This document shows, in pieces, positions 20,111 through 29,173 of a DNA stretch of 64,000 nucleotides; within the stretch, counting starts at the first letter, position 1, and each line of letters begins with the position of its first letter. The stretch spans positions 1,504,001 through 1,568,000 of the forward strand of contig OY968796.1 of the NCBI GenBank assembly GCA_963695545.1, read 5' to 3'. Both the position numbers and the translations under genes were made by a program. This stretch comes from Terriglobia bacterium. GTDB lineage: Bacteria; Acidobacteriota; Terriglobia; Acidiferrales; UBA7541. Under the pieces are notes generated by a model. That model saw nothing but the letters and a program-made list of their open reading frames with translations, was not told the origin of the DNA and did not search any database.

Positions 20111-20432
20111 CGAATCCAGTTGAGACGCGGAACGTTCTGGGAAAATTCGCGCCTAGCCACTTCATGGCAAGGTTTTTCCCTCCGCTCGAGTGAAAGCTTT
20201 TTCTTCTTTTCTGCCCGCGCACAGGACCACTAGTACGCCTCCGAGGGCGTCGCCTCCGTTTCTTAAGTTGTTGTTAAAAAAGAACATAATTAAATCAACC
20301 ACGCAAGCAGCATAGCCCGTCTCGGAGGTCTCAAAATTGCTCTCTACCCATAGGGATGGCATGCACGATTCCTGGCCTAATGGCGCTGTTTCCAGTCCCA
20401 ACACTGAGGGGACCAAAAACCGGAGATCTGAA

Positions 20433-20730
20433 ATGAATCGAACAGCTAATACATTTCGCGCTGCGGCCCTCGCGCTAAAGTCGCTTCTCGGCAAGTTTGC
20501 GATTCCGACGCTTATCCTGGGCGCCAGCTTGTTGTTTTCAAGCCCACTGGTGCGGGCGCAGTCTTGCGGCTATAAGACCGACCACAGCTGCAGCGACAGC
20601 GGCAGATATAAGGACGGGTCGAACGACCCCCGCCCCAGTTCCCGAGCCAAGCAGCTTGCTCCAGCTCGGCGCAGGCATGTCGGCGCTCGTGATTGTGGGC
20701 CGCAAGCGTCTTCTTGCCAGGAAGGCATAA
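20433..20730 (+). pseudogene. Small PEP-CTERM protein split by a 1-nt frameshift in a C5 run (20627-20631)
   Basis: Signal peptide ending LVRA|Q starts at ATG 20433 (GGAG upstream). VPEPSSLLQLGAGMSALVIVGRKR lies in the next frame. Removing one C gives a continuous 98-aa ORF. Confidence 0.8.
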
Positions 20731-20843
20731 GGCGCAGACCGCACCCGGGGCGGGCGGACTCTTCGCTCGTTTGGTAGAAACAAGGAAGGCCGAACCGCAG
20801 CAGGGCTTTCTTGTTCCGTGGTACATTCGCTTGAAAGCTCTCC

Positions 20844-21776
20844 ATGGGTGTCTCGAATCAACGTATCGAGATCTCGGCAGCCCCCGCCTCGAGCGCGAAG
20901 GTGTCGAGTTTCGTCGTGCTCGGTTTCCTGTTGGTGTGCGCCCTGCCGTTTGCGCTCGCGTGGAGTGCGCTCGGTCCGCTGTTTCACCTGGTGCTCGACA
21001 ACGACACGTTTTCACAAATCCCGCTGATTCCGCTGGTAACCGTGTATTTAATTTTCGAGCAGCGAAAAGCGATTTTTGCGGAAGTTTCCTTCGATTGGAT
21101 TTTGGGCGCTGCTTTCCTCGTTCCAGGTATTCTCCTGGTCGGAGCGGCGCGTCTCGATGTGTGGCATCTCAGTTCGACGAATCCGCTCTCGCTTCTGGTC
21201 TTCGCAATCGTGCTCGTTTGGATCGGGGCCTTCGCGCTATTCTTCGGCTCGCGCGCATTTTTGACCGCGTCGTTCTCGCTTTTCTTTCTTCTCTTCATGG
21301 TTCCGATTCCCGAACCGCTTCTCTCGAAAATAATCTACCTCCTCCAGGTCGGCAGCTCGGACATGGCGGCGATGTTTTTCACGATCGCGGGCGTTCCCTA
21401 TCATCGCCTCCCGGGATTTATTTTCGAGCTGCCCGGAATCGCGATCCGCGTGGCCGAGGAGTGCAGCGGCATACGCTCCACGCTCGCGCTTATGATTACC
21501 ACCGTGGTCGCGAGTTATCTGTTCCTGAAGAGTTCCTGGCGGCGAGTGATCCTGTGCCTCGCCGTAATCCCGCTTGCGGTATTCAAGAACGGCTTGCGCA
21601 TTGCGACGCTCTCGGTGCTCGCGATTTATGTAAATCCCGGTTTCCTCACCGGAAATCTTCACCACCGTGGCGGATTCGTGTTCTTCCTGATTGCGCTTGT
21701 TCCCATCGCGCTGCTTCTTTTCTGGTTCCAGAGACGCGAGAACCGCAGCGCTCGCGCCGCCGCTCGTTCTTTGTAA
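20844..21776 (+). CDS. Exosortase/archaeosortase family protein
   Basis: Multiple TM segments; catalytic Cys motif VAEECSGIRS, Arg in KNGLRI, His in NLHHRGG. Confidence 0.92.
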   Translation: MGVSNQRIEISAAPASSAKVSSFVVLGFLLVCALPFALAWSALGPLFHLVLDNDTFSQIPLIPLVTVYLIFEQRKAIFAEVSFDWILGAAFLVPGILLVGAARLDVWHLSSTNPLSLLVFAIVLVWIGAFALFFGSRAFLTASFSLFFLLFMVPIPEPLLSKIIYLLQVGSSDMAAMFFTIAGVPYHRLPGFIFELPGIAIRVAEECSGIRSTLALMITTVVASYLFLKSSWRRVILCLAVIPLAVFKNGLRIATLSVLAIYVNPGFLTGNLHHRGGFVFFLIALVPIALLLFWFQRRENRSARAAARSL

Positions 21777-21801
21777 ACTCGCTTGCTAAACTTGTGGCAC
21801 G

Positions 21802-22674
21802 ATGAGTTCCGGCGTCCCGCGTCTCGCGCGCATCGATCTTCACCCCATCAAATCGCTCGACCCTGTCTCGGTTTCCGAAGCGCGCATCGGCCCGTCCGGC
21901 GGCCTTGAGCACGACCGCGCTTGGGCGCTCTATTCCGCCGAGGGCCGCTGGGTGAACGGCAAGCGCACGGCTGCGATCCATCTGATCCGCGCATCGTACG
22001 CGCCGGACCTTAGCAGCGTTACGCTCAATGTGCCGGCGCAGCGCGGAGCAGTTCCCGCCGCGAGTTCGAGCGCGAGTTCCGTCGCAAATCCGGGAGTGGG
22101 TTTCGACGCGCCGCGTATCGCGATGCCCAGCGCGACGTTTCCCTTTCCTGACGGCCACGATGCGGCGGCCGAGTGGTTTAGCGAATATTTCCAGCAGCGA
22201 ATTCTGGTTCGTTATTCGCTGGGCGGCTACCCGGACGATACCGAAGCCAACGGTCCTACGATCGTCTCCACCGCATCTCTCGCCGCGGTATGCGAATGGT
22301 TTCCTGGGATCGCGCTGGCGGAAGCGCGCCGGCGTTTTCGCACCACGCTTGAACTCGATGGCGTTCCCGCATTCTGGGAAGACCAACTCTTCGGCCCGGA
22401 AAAAACCAGCATCGTGCGATTCCGCATCGGCGAAGTCGAATTCGAGGGCAGCAATCCGTGCGCCCGCTGCCCCGTTCCGCCGCGCAATCCGCTCACGGGC
22501 GAGGATCTCGTCGGCTTTCAGCAGCGTTTCGTTGCGCAGCGCCGCGCAAATCTGCCGGCGTGGTCGCACGCCGGGCGCTTCGACCACTTTTATCGCTTCA
22601 CGACGAACACGCGCGTCGCCGTAGCGGAGTGCGGCAAGACGCTGCGCGTCGGCGACGCGCTGGAATTCTTCTAA
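21802..22674 (+). CDS. MOSC-domain protein (MOSC_N + MOSC; YcbX/mARC-like)
   Basis: HPIKSL, GLEHDRAWAL, RRFR..L..DGVPAFWED, NPCARC, LRVGD. Confidence 0.85.
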   Translation: MSSGVPRLARIDLHPIKSLDPVSVSEARIGPSGGLEHDRAWALYSAEGRWVNGKRTAAIHLIRASYAPDLSSVTLNVPAQRGAVPAASSSASSVANPGVGFDAPRIAMPSATFPFPDGHDAAAEWFSEYFQQRILVRYSLGGYPDDTEANGPTIVSTASLAAVCEWFPGIALAEARRRFRTTLELDGVPAFWEDQLFGPEKTSIVRFRIGEVEFEGSNPCARCPVPPRNPLTGEDLVGFQQRFVAQRRANLPAWSHAGRFDHFYRFTTNTRVAVAECGKTLRVGDALEFF

Positions 22675-22695
22675 CTTCAACGGCGCCGCAGCGCG

Positions 22696-23520
22696 TCAAT
22701 TTTTCAGCGGAGCAGCGGGCGCGTCGGCAGCGATGCGGCAGGCATGATCCAAAAGTTCCTCGCCGTTCGCGATGTCGTGACCTGCGCGATCCACTTGATC
22801 TTCGAGAATCACGAATCCCGCGGCTCCATTGGCGCGCGACGATCCGATCACAACCAGCGTACGATCGCCCATGTCGGCTGCGGCGCCGGGCACTCCCTGA
22901 GCCAGCAAGCGAAACGGATTGTTCGCGCCGAGTTCGTCCCCGGGCAGCCACATGGCCCAATAGTGATGTCCATAGGGCCCGACAACGAGCGGCGCCCAAG
23001 TGTTGCCAATTGCGGCGGCATCGTTCCGCAGAGTCTGCTGCACATCGGGGCGGACGCAATCGACGTGGATGTGCAGTTGGTCCTGCGAGCGGCCGGCGAC
23101 GGAATTAATCGCGAGAGCGATGTCGTCGCGCGGCACGGTGCGGCCCAGCGCCTGGTAGAGATAGGGGCGCGCATCCCAAGCGTCGGCAAAATAATTCGGC
23201 GCATCGGGCGCGAGAATTTCGGGGCTTTCGATTCCGGCGATGCGCGCGGTGGGAATCAGGAGAAATTGTTCGCCGCCGCGAATGTCTTTCAAGATCGCGA
23301 ATCCTTTTTCGACTCCGCTATCGAGATCGACGCGCGCGCACGGTGTGGGATCGTGCCGCTGCAACTGGCCGGGAACGCAGTCATCATGCACGACGATCCA
23401 AAGCGCGTCTCGCGAGGCGAATTCTTGCGGCGCTGCTGCGGCCAGGCATACGAGAAGCGCGCAAGACGCAATGACGCCCGCGAGAACTCGAGACGATGTG
23501 TGCGTGAACACGCTTGCCAT
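22696..23520 (-). CDS. cdh: CDP-diacylglycerol diphosphatase
   Basis: RDALW.VV...C.P....P.PCARVD, LKD..G..QFLLIPT..I.GIESP, AINS..GRSQDQLHIH.DC, ANGEELLDH.C. Confidence 0.9.
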   Translation of the reverse strand: MASVFTHTSSRVLAGVIASCALLVCLAAAAPQEFASRDALWIVVHDDCVPGQLQRHDPTPCARVDLDSGVEKGFAILKDIRGGEQFLLIPTARIAGIESPEILAPDAPNYFADAWDARPYLYQALGRTVPRDDIALAINSVAGRSQDQLHIHVDCVRPDVQQTLRNDAAAIGNTWAPLVVGPYGHHYWAMWLPGDELGANNPFRLLAQGVPGAAADMGDRTLVVIGSSRANGAAGFVILEDQVDRAGHDIANGEELLDHACRIAADAPAAPLKN

Positions 23521-23591
23521 ATTGAAATCGTACCCTGTGCGGTGTGCTTATGTATAATCGCGGTGTCGAATCGCATTCCGTCAAGCTCGCC

Positions 23592-24482
23592 ATGAATCCT
23601 AAGGTTGCGAAATTCACTGTTGCTCCCGGCATTCTCGCGCTTTCTCTGCTGATCGCGATTCCACTGCGCGCGCAGGACGCGGCGCCGCCCGCTGCAGCCG
23701 ATACGCCATCGACGAACGGCGCTGCAGCGTCGCAAACCGGGCAAACCGAAGCGCCGACGGTTGAAGCAACGCCCTCCGGGCGGACCGGCGCGCCGGCTGA
23801 CGCCGCATCGCCAGATCGGCCGGTTTCCTGGCTCAAACTCACGCCGAATTTCCTGCACGACCAGAAGGACATTTGGACGTTCCCAGTGTCCGTGGCGCAC
23901 GGGCACCACCTGGTGCCGCTGCTGATCTTTACCGGGATCACGGCGGGGCTGGTGGCGGGAGCGGACAATCCGAGCGGGCGATATTTCCAGCGCACGCAAT
24001 CTTTCGGCGAATTCGATTCGATCTTCAGGGATTCGCACACGGCCTCGGCCATGTTCGCTTTTCCCGTGGCGTTTTACGGCATCGGCCTTTTGCGGCGCGA
24101 TTCGTACGCCCAGCATACGGTGCTGCTGGCGGGCGAAGCGGCGCTCGATTCCACGATTCTGACGGTGGTGATGAAAGACATCACGCGGCGCGTGCAACCC
24201 GATCAGGTGGCCATGGGCGGAAATTTCGCGGATACCTGGTTTCAAGAACACGGGCATCCCTTCGGGGGCATCGGCAGCTTTCCGTGCGGGCATTGCATTG
24301 ACGCTTTCTCGATCGCCACGGTTTTCGCCAACCGCTACCCGAAATATAAGTGGGTGGCGTACGGCTTGGCGGGGTTGGTGAGTTTCACGCGGTTGCCGAT
24401 TCAGGCCCACAATCCCTCCGACGTTTTTGCCGGCGCGTTTCTCGGTTTCGATATCGCTCACTTCACAGTCCAACAATATTAG
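23592..24482 (+). CDS. PAP2-superfamily phosphatase-like membrane protein with variant active-site motifs
   Basis: C1 KDITRRVQP, C2 SFPCGH, C3 TRLPIQAHNPSDV; N-terminal signal peptide. Confidence 0.8.
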   Translation: MNPKVAKFTVAPGILALSLLIAIPLRAQDAAPPAAADTPSTNGAAASQTGQTEAPTVEATPSGRTGAPADAASPDRPVSWLKLTPNFLHDQKDIWTFPVSVAHGHHLVPLLIFTGITAGLVAGADNPSGRYFQRTQSFGEFDSIFRDSHTASAMFAFPVAFYGIGLLRRDSYAQHTVLLAGEAALDSTILTVVMKDITRRVQPDQVAMGGNFADTWFQEHGHPFGGIGSFPCGHCIDAFSIATVFANRYPKYKWVAYGLAGLVSFTRLPIQAHNPSDVFAGAFLGFDIAHFTVQQY

Positions 24483-25152
24483 CCGCGCCGCCTTCCGCCG
24501 CGGGAACCGGCACAGCCGCCGAAATGCGCCTGGGCATAAGATTCACTCGGAAATCGGAAAAATCCTCGTCGAGGATGTTGGAATAAATCACGAAGAGGCC
24601 GACCGCGCCTTCGATGATGCTCCCTGCCAAGAAGCTGAAGGTCGGCGCGAGCCGCGGAAAAATGCCGGCGAGCGTGCCGATGAGCAATCCCAGCGGAAGG
24701 CTGGCGACGAATCCGAGAATCAGGCGATAGATAACCGTGCGCCAACTGTAGGTCCACCAGATGCGCAGCGTGCGGGGGAGCGTTGGCGCGAGCACTTGTG
24801 CGGAAGGGGCGCCGCCGGGAACCACCAATGCGATGCGGAAATCCCGAAATCTTTTTCTGAGAATGAAATGAAAAACCGGAATGGCCACGGCGTAGGTGAT
24901 GATCCACTGACCGAATAGGATCAGAGAATTGAACCCGGCCCGAGTGATCGCGCCGCTTGCGAGGAGCGGTTTTGCCGCCAAGATGAGCGCGGCAACCAAA
25001 ATCGCGGAGATAACGGTGTTGCGCCAATAGAAGGCCCACCAAATACGCAGACCGTGTCCCAAGGTCGGCTGAATGTAATCGCTCACAGTCGTCGCGGTCT
25101 CGGCCGAATGGCTATCACCAAACATGGAGGGTGCGGCGCTCATATCAATCAC
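24463..25152 (-). CDS. Hypothetical membrane protein built from two internal repeats
   Basis: PTLGHGLRIWWAFYWR...ILRKRFRDFRI is repeated as PTLPRTLRIWWTYSWR...ILDEDFSDFRV. GAGGTG lies at the start region. Confidence 0.65.
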   Translation of the reverse strand: MIDMSAAPSMFGDSHSAETATTVSDYIQPTLGHGLRIWWAFYWRNTVISAILVAALILAAKPLLASGAITRAGFNSLILFGQWIITYAVAIPVFHFILRKRFRDFRIALVVPGGAPSAQVLAPTLPRTLRIWWTYSWRTVIYRLILGFVASLPLGLLIGTLAGIFPRLAPTFSFLAGSIIEGAVGLFVIYSNILDEDFSDFRVNLMPRRISAAVPVPAAEGGAANIVGL

Positions 25153-25454
25153 CTCGTCGCGAAAGTTGGGATTTCCGAGGGGATGTCGGAAGCGCGCATG
25201 CTACGCCCGTCCCTGGCTCGGACGCAACGAATTTGGCGGGAGGGGCACCCCTCCATCCACACCCGGCACCAAAAGTGTAAAATGATGTAACCAAAGGGTT
25301 TGCAGGGAAAGAGTGCGGATGAGTGTGAAAACAGGCATTTTGATATAACGTATTTTCAACGAGATGCGCACTCATTTGCAATCGATTGAAAATGAATGGG
25401 TTGGAGGGGCACTTTTGTGCTGAAGAGTGTGATTTGTGGGGAGGGGAAAGGCGG

Positions 25455-25491
25455 GCGGAGGCAAGCCTGCCTGTCGGCAGACAGGCTCCGC
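25455..25491. repeat. Nested REP-like hairpins
   Basis: Host hairpin GCGGAGGC-AA-GCCTCCGC is interrupted by a 19-nt segment (25467-25485) forming the near-palindrome AGCCTGCCTGTCGGCAGACAGGCT. Confidence 0.6.
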
Positions 25492-25728
25492 TCCCTGCTG
25501 GGCGGTGCGGGCTGCGGAGGCGAGGCTTTGCGCTCGACGGCGAGGGTGTGCGTTTGCAATTCACGCCCTACGATAGCACGTACAATACTACTGCGTCAAC
25601 ATATATCTGTTGACCATTCGAATAGAATGGGTAGAAAATACCCATGCCTTTCCGGCGGCGGTAAAAGAATGGCGGACCGATAGTTTGAGGGCGCGGTCGA
25701 CCGCCGAACGAAATCCTTCAGCGAGAGG

Positions 25729-26583
25729 TTATTGCGGAGCCACTACCCGCGCGGCCCACGTCGCGATTGCGGTAGCGTTGCCGGCCGCGATCGAGGCCGC
25801 CACTCCGTTCTTCACGATCACGCTCATTATCGACGCGGGTGCGCCGTCCTTTACACCCTGATTATAGGCTCGGTCCAGAAGTGGGAGAGCGTCCGCGGGG
25901 CGCTGCTCGCGAAAATACACGACGGCCAACAGATTCAGAGCCTGGTCCTCTGACATGCGAAGGTGGTTGGCCTGCATTGTGCGCATGAAATCGGACTCGG
26001 AATGAAGCGCGCTGTCGATCTGCTGGTCGAAAATCGCAACGGCCTTCTCCAAAGATTCCGCGGCACCGCTCCAATTCTGTTGGCCCATCCGTGCCTCGCC
26101 GATGGACACAAAGTCGATGGGATAATCGGAATCATCGGTGCCGGGCCATACGGGTATGTACGCCAATATCTTTTGAAATTTCTCTTCGGCTTCTGCAAAG
26201 CGGCCTGCGGTTAAGTCACAGTCCCCAATTCCTCTGTATGAGAGATAGAGAAACTTATTTCGCGGAACGTCAAACTTGGCCTGCTCCGCCAGCAGGATCA
26301 TAGACTGATACTTGTCGATGGCCGCGGTGCAGTCGTGCTGTTCTTCCATTGCGTATATAGGTTGATACGCATCGTTAAGCTTCCCTTCCTCCGACTCCTC
26401 TGGAGTCTCCTTCACAGATACAACGACCGATTGATCGGTGTGCGGGCGACTCTGGGGATTTGCTTGGGGCGATTGCGAAGGCGAGCTCGAGGTGCCGGGC
26501 GCGGGACTCTGCCCGAAGGCCTGCGCGCCCGCCAGAAGCGATAAGGCGAGCAGTGCTCCGGAAATCTTCTTGCCGCTATCCAA
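25729..26583 (-). CDS. Exported TPR protein
   Basis: Signal peptide KKISGALLALSLLAGAQA; TPR-like helices (YRGIGDCDLTAGRFAEAEEKF; LNLLAVVYFREQRPADALPLL). TTG start at 26583 is inferred from the 8-nt overlap with the upstream stop. Confidence 0.65.
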   Translation of the reverse strand: MDSGKKISGALLALSLLAGAQAFGQSPAPGTSSSPSQSPQANPQSRPHTDQSVVVSVKETPEESEEGKLNDAYQPIYAMEEQHDCTAAIDKYQSMILLAEQAKFDVPRNKFLYLSYRGIGDCDLTAGRFAEAEEKFQKILAYIPVWPGTDDSDYPIDFVSIGEARMGQQNWSGAAESLEKAVAIFDQQIDSALHSESDFMRTMQANHLRMSEDQALNLLAVVYFREQRPADALPLLDRAYNQGVKDGAPASIMSVIVKNGVAASIAAGNATAIATWAARVVAPQ

Positions 26584-26890
26584 GGTATTTGTACTCAGTG
26601 AGCCTTTTCGTGCAGGTGGCCAGCTCTTCTGGCGTAAACAAGGGATGCCACCTTGGGTTGTCATGTATGACCGCTTCTACGGTCAAGTCTAACCGGTGGC
26701 GTTGCCACAGGGCGGTGTAACCCTCTGACACGTACGGCGAATGTAGCAATATTCTTGCCGTTTCCAACCCGCGATGCTCAGTCAGCATCTGCAAAAAACG
26801 ATTTGCCTTGTAGTTCGCCTCCGAGAGCGCCCTTTGATAGATGCGCAGCATCTCCTCATCGAATTCGCTTGTGAGCGAGGTGTCGGTCAT
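26576..26890 (-). CDS. Small conserved hypothetical protein (F...M..IY..A.....Y.A.RFLQM...S.GY..LW...RLDL.VEA family)
   Basis: AGGAGG SD before ATG 26890; 104-aa compact helical protein with a pattern I recall from other bacteria; function unknown. Confidence 0.75.
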   Translation of the reverse strand: MTDTSLTSEFDEEMLRIYQRALSEANYKANRFLQMLTEHRGLETARILLHSPYVSEGYTALWQRHRLDLTVEAVIHDNPRWHPLFTPEELATCTKRLTEYKYLG

Positions 26891-26992
26891 AGGGCCTCCT
26901 GCGATGATCGGGCTCGTTCGGCCGCCAAACACGAATACAAAAACCTAACAGGCAAAACCGGGCGGAGCAAGCGAAACGCGGTCGTCCCGTCG

Positions 26993-27021
26993 TTGACTCG
27001 CACCCACTGGCGTTCAATAAT
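26993..27021 (+). promoter_or_regulatory. Sigma70-type promoter of ruvA
   Basis: TTGACT-N17-AATAAT ending 37 nt upstream of the ruvA ATG. Confidence 0.55.
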
Positions 27022-27058
27022 CGCTCGCGTTGATTGTCTCGCGCTCGCAAACACAAAT

Positions 27059-27661
27059 ATGATCGCGCAACTACGCGGAATGCTGGTGGACAAGAGGCCT
27101 AACCAACTGATCGTGGAGGTTGGGGGCGTGGGATATCTTGTGAACATTCCGTTATCGACGTTTTACGCGGTGGGCGGGTTGAGGGAAGAAATTGTGCTGC
27201 TGGTGCACACGCATGTGCGGGAGGACTCGCTGGCGCTGTATGGATTTCTGACGGCGCGGGAGAAGCATTTGTTCGAGATGCTGCTTTCGGCGTCGGGAGT
27301 GGGGCCGACGCTGGCGTTGAAAATTCTTTCGGGGATGAGCGCGGACGAATTGGGGCCGGCGATTCGCGAGGGGGACATTGCGCGGTTGACGCGGATTCCG
27401 GGCGTGGGGAAAAAGACGGCGGAGCGCATGGTGGTCGAGCTGAGGGATAAGCTGGGGTCGGCGGAGAAGGATGCGCAGCCGGCGGCGGGGCGCGGCGGGA
27501 TTTCGGGCGACGTGGTTTCGGCGCTGCTGAACCTCGGATATGATTCTCGCGCGGCCGAGGCGGCGGTGGAACGCGCGGGTCGTGATGGAGGCGCGGGGAA
27601 TTTTGAGGCGTTGCTGAGGGGGGCGTTGCAGGTGTTGAGCGCGCCGGGGAGGAAGGGATAG
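27059..27661 (+). CDS. ruvA: Holliday junction branch migration protein RuvA
   Basis: MIAQLRG...VEVGGVGY.V, HVRED.L.LYGF, SGVGP.LAL.ILS, IPGVGKKTAERMVVELRDK, ALLNLGY. Confidence 0.97.
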   Translation: MIAQLRGMLVDKRPNQLIVEVGGVGYLVNIPLSTFYAVGGLREEIVLLVHTHVREDSLALYGFLTAREKHLFEMLLSASGVGPTLALKILSGMSADELGPAIREGDIARLTRIPGVGKKTAERMVVELRDKLGSAEKDAQPAAGRGGISGDVVSALLNLGYDSRAAEAAVERAGRDGGAGNFEALLRGALQVLSAPGRKG

Positions 27662-27683
27662 GGGCGCGACGGAGCGGGAGGAT

Positions 27684-28019
27684 AACGCAGAGGCGCAGAG
27701 AACGCGGAGGGTCGCAGAGGAGATAGTGGCGAGTGGCGAGTGGGGAAAAGCAAAGGCGACGGAGAGGTCCCTCGGCTGCGCTCGGGATGACCGCGAAAGG
27801 CTGCGGTCAGCGACGGCGCGGGGGGGCGGGATGACAACATTAAAGGCAAAGGCGACGGAGAAAGACAAAAGCGACGGAGAGGTCCCTCGTCGCTGCGCTC
27901 GCTCGGGATGACCAACAGGTAGTGGCGAGTTGCGAGTGGCGAGGAAAGGCACACAGCCAGGAGTGGCTGTGCTACTTAGAAGGCGCCGGAGAAGATGGAG
28001 ACCTAAAGGTCTCCGCTAC
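27684..28019. repeat. Cluster of several REP-like repeat families between ruvA and ruvB
   Basis: Two copies of GCGACGGAGAGGTCCCTCG...GCTCGGGATGACC (27756-27792, 27871-27913); GTAG-hairpins on the minus strand at 27952-27975 and 27997-28019; GTGGCGA heptamer runs; CGCAGAG repeats. Confidence 0.75.
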
Positions 28020-28045
28020 ATGAGGAACGGATCGTAGAAGAGAAA

Positions 28046-29071
28046 ATGGAAAAGCCGGGACAGAGGATTCTTTCGGGGCAGGCGTTTGACGAGGACGCGC
28101 GGGTTGAGGCGAGCGTGCGGCCGCAGAAGTTTGCGGATTTCATCGGGCAGACGCGGCTGAAGGAAAATCTGGCGATTGCGGTGGAGGCGGCGAGGTCGCG
28201 GAACGAGGCGCTGGATCACGTGCTGCTGTTCGGGCCGCCGGGACTGGGCAAAACCACGCTGGCGCAAATTCTGGCGAATGAATTGGGCGTGGGGATGCAG
28301 ACGAGCTCGGGTCCGATGCTCGAGCGCAAGGGCGATTTGACGGCGATACTGACGTCGCTCGATCAGCGCGAGGTTTTCTTTCTGGACGAAATTCACCGGC
28401 TGATGCCCGCGGTGGAAGAAATTCTGTATCCCGCGATGGAGGATTACCGGATCGATTTGATTATCGGCGCGGGCGCGGGGGCGCGGATTCATCCGTTTCA
28501 ATTGAACCGCTTCACGCTGATCGGAGCGACGACGCGCGCGGGGCTGGTGACGGCGCCGCTGCGCTCGCGATTCGGGATCGTGCATCGCCTGGATTTTTAC
28601 ACGCCGGCGGATTTGCTGGAGATCGTGCGGCGCTCGGCGAAGATTTTGAATATCGCGGTGGACGACGACGGCGCGGAGGAGATCGCGCGGCGCAGCCGCG
28701 GCACGCCGCGCGTGGCGAATCGGTTGCTGCGGCGGGCGCGCGATTTTGCGCAAGTGCGCGCGGGGGGTCGCGTGACGGGCGACGCGGCGCGCGAGGCGCT
28801 GCATATGCTGGGCGTGGACGAGCATGGTCTCGATGAAACGGATCGCAATCTGATGCTTACGATCATTCAGAAATATGCGGGGGGGCCGGTGGGGTTGAAC
28901 ACGATCGCGGCTTCGCTGAGCGAAGAAGAAGATGCGATCGAGGAAATTTACGAGCCGTATCTGATGCAGCTTGGGCTGCTCGATCGGACGCAGCGCGGGC
29001 GCGTGGCTACGGCGCTGGCGTATAAGCATTTTGGATTGCCTGCGCCGCGCGATCAGCAGCATTTGTTCTGA
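28046..29071 (+). CDS. ruvB: Holliday junction DNA helicase RuvB
   Basis: LDHVLLFGPPGLGKTTLA, FLDEIHRL, LYPAMED, FTLIGATTRAG, RSRGTPRVANRLLRR, GGPVGL, YEPYL.Q.G...RT.RGR. Confidence 0.98.
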   Translation: MEKPGQRILSGQAFDEDARVEASVRPQKFADFIGQTRLKENLAIAVEAARSRNEALDHVLLFGPPGLGKTTLAQILANELGVGMQTSSGPMLERKGDLTAILTSLDQREVFFLDEIHRLMPAVEEILYPAMEDYRIDLIIGAGAGARIHPFQLNRFTLIGATTRAGLVTAPLRSRFGIVHRLDFYTPADLLEIVRRSAKILNIAVDDDGAEEIARRSRGTPRVANRLLRRARDFAQVRAGGRVTGDAAREALHMLGVDEHGLDETDRNLMLTIIQKYAGGPVGLNTIAASLSEEEDAIEEIYEPYLMQLGLLDRTQRGRVATALAYKHFGLPAPRDQQHLF

Positions 29072-29089
29072 TTTTGATGGGCACGAAAC

Positions 29090-29173
29090 CCGCACCCTTA
29101 GAAGCGAAGGGTGCGGCACCCGAATCAACGGAAACAGAGAGATTCCTCGGCACGAGGCGTGCCTCGGAATGAC
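29090..29173. repeat. Two REP-like hairpins between ruvB and folK
   Basis: CCGCACCCTT-agaagcg-AAGGGTGCGG-CACCC, and AGATTCCTCGGCACG-agg-CGTGCCTCGGAATGAC, which is related to the ...GGGATGAC units at 27.8 kb. Confidence 0.65.

Noticed and set aside
26774..27058. N-terminal extension of RuvA in the ORF track (similarly for folK, tgt, tonB and the kinase)
   Set aside because: Upstream in-frame read-through overlapping promoters or other genes; family similarity begins at the later start.
27756..27913. Two similar ~40-nt direct repeats as a possible CRISPR array
   Set aside because: Only two non-identical copies, spacer too long and itself repetitive, no cas genes; fits REP elements.
29054..29071. 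RuvB C-terminal QQHLF as a novel beta-clamp motif
   Set aside because: QxxLF-like tails are common on RuvB proteins; too short to support a claim.
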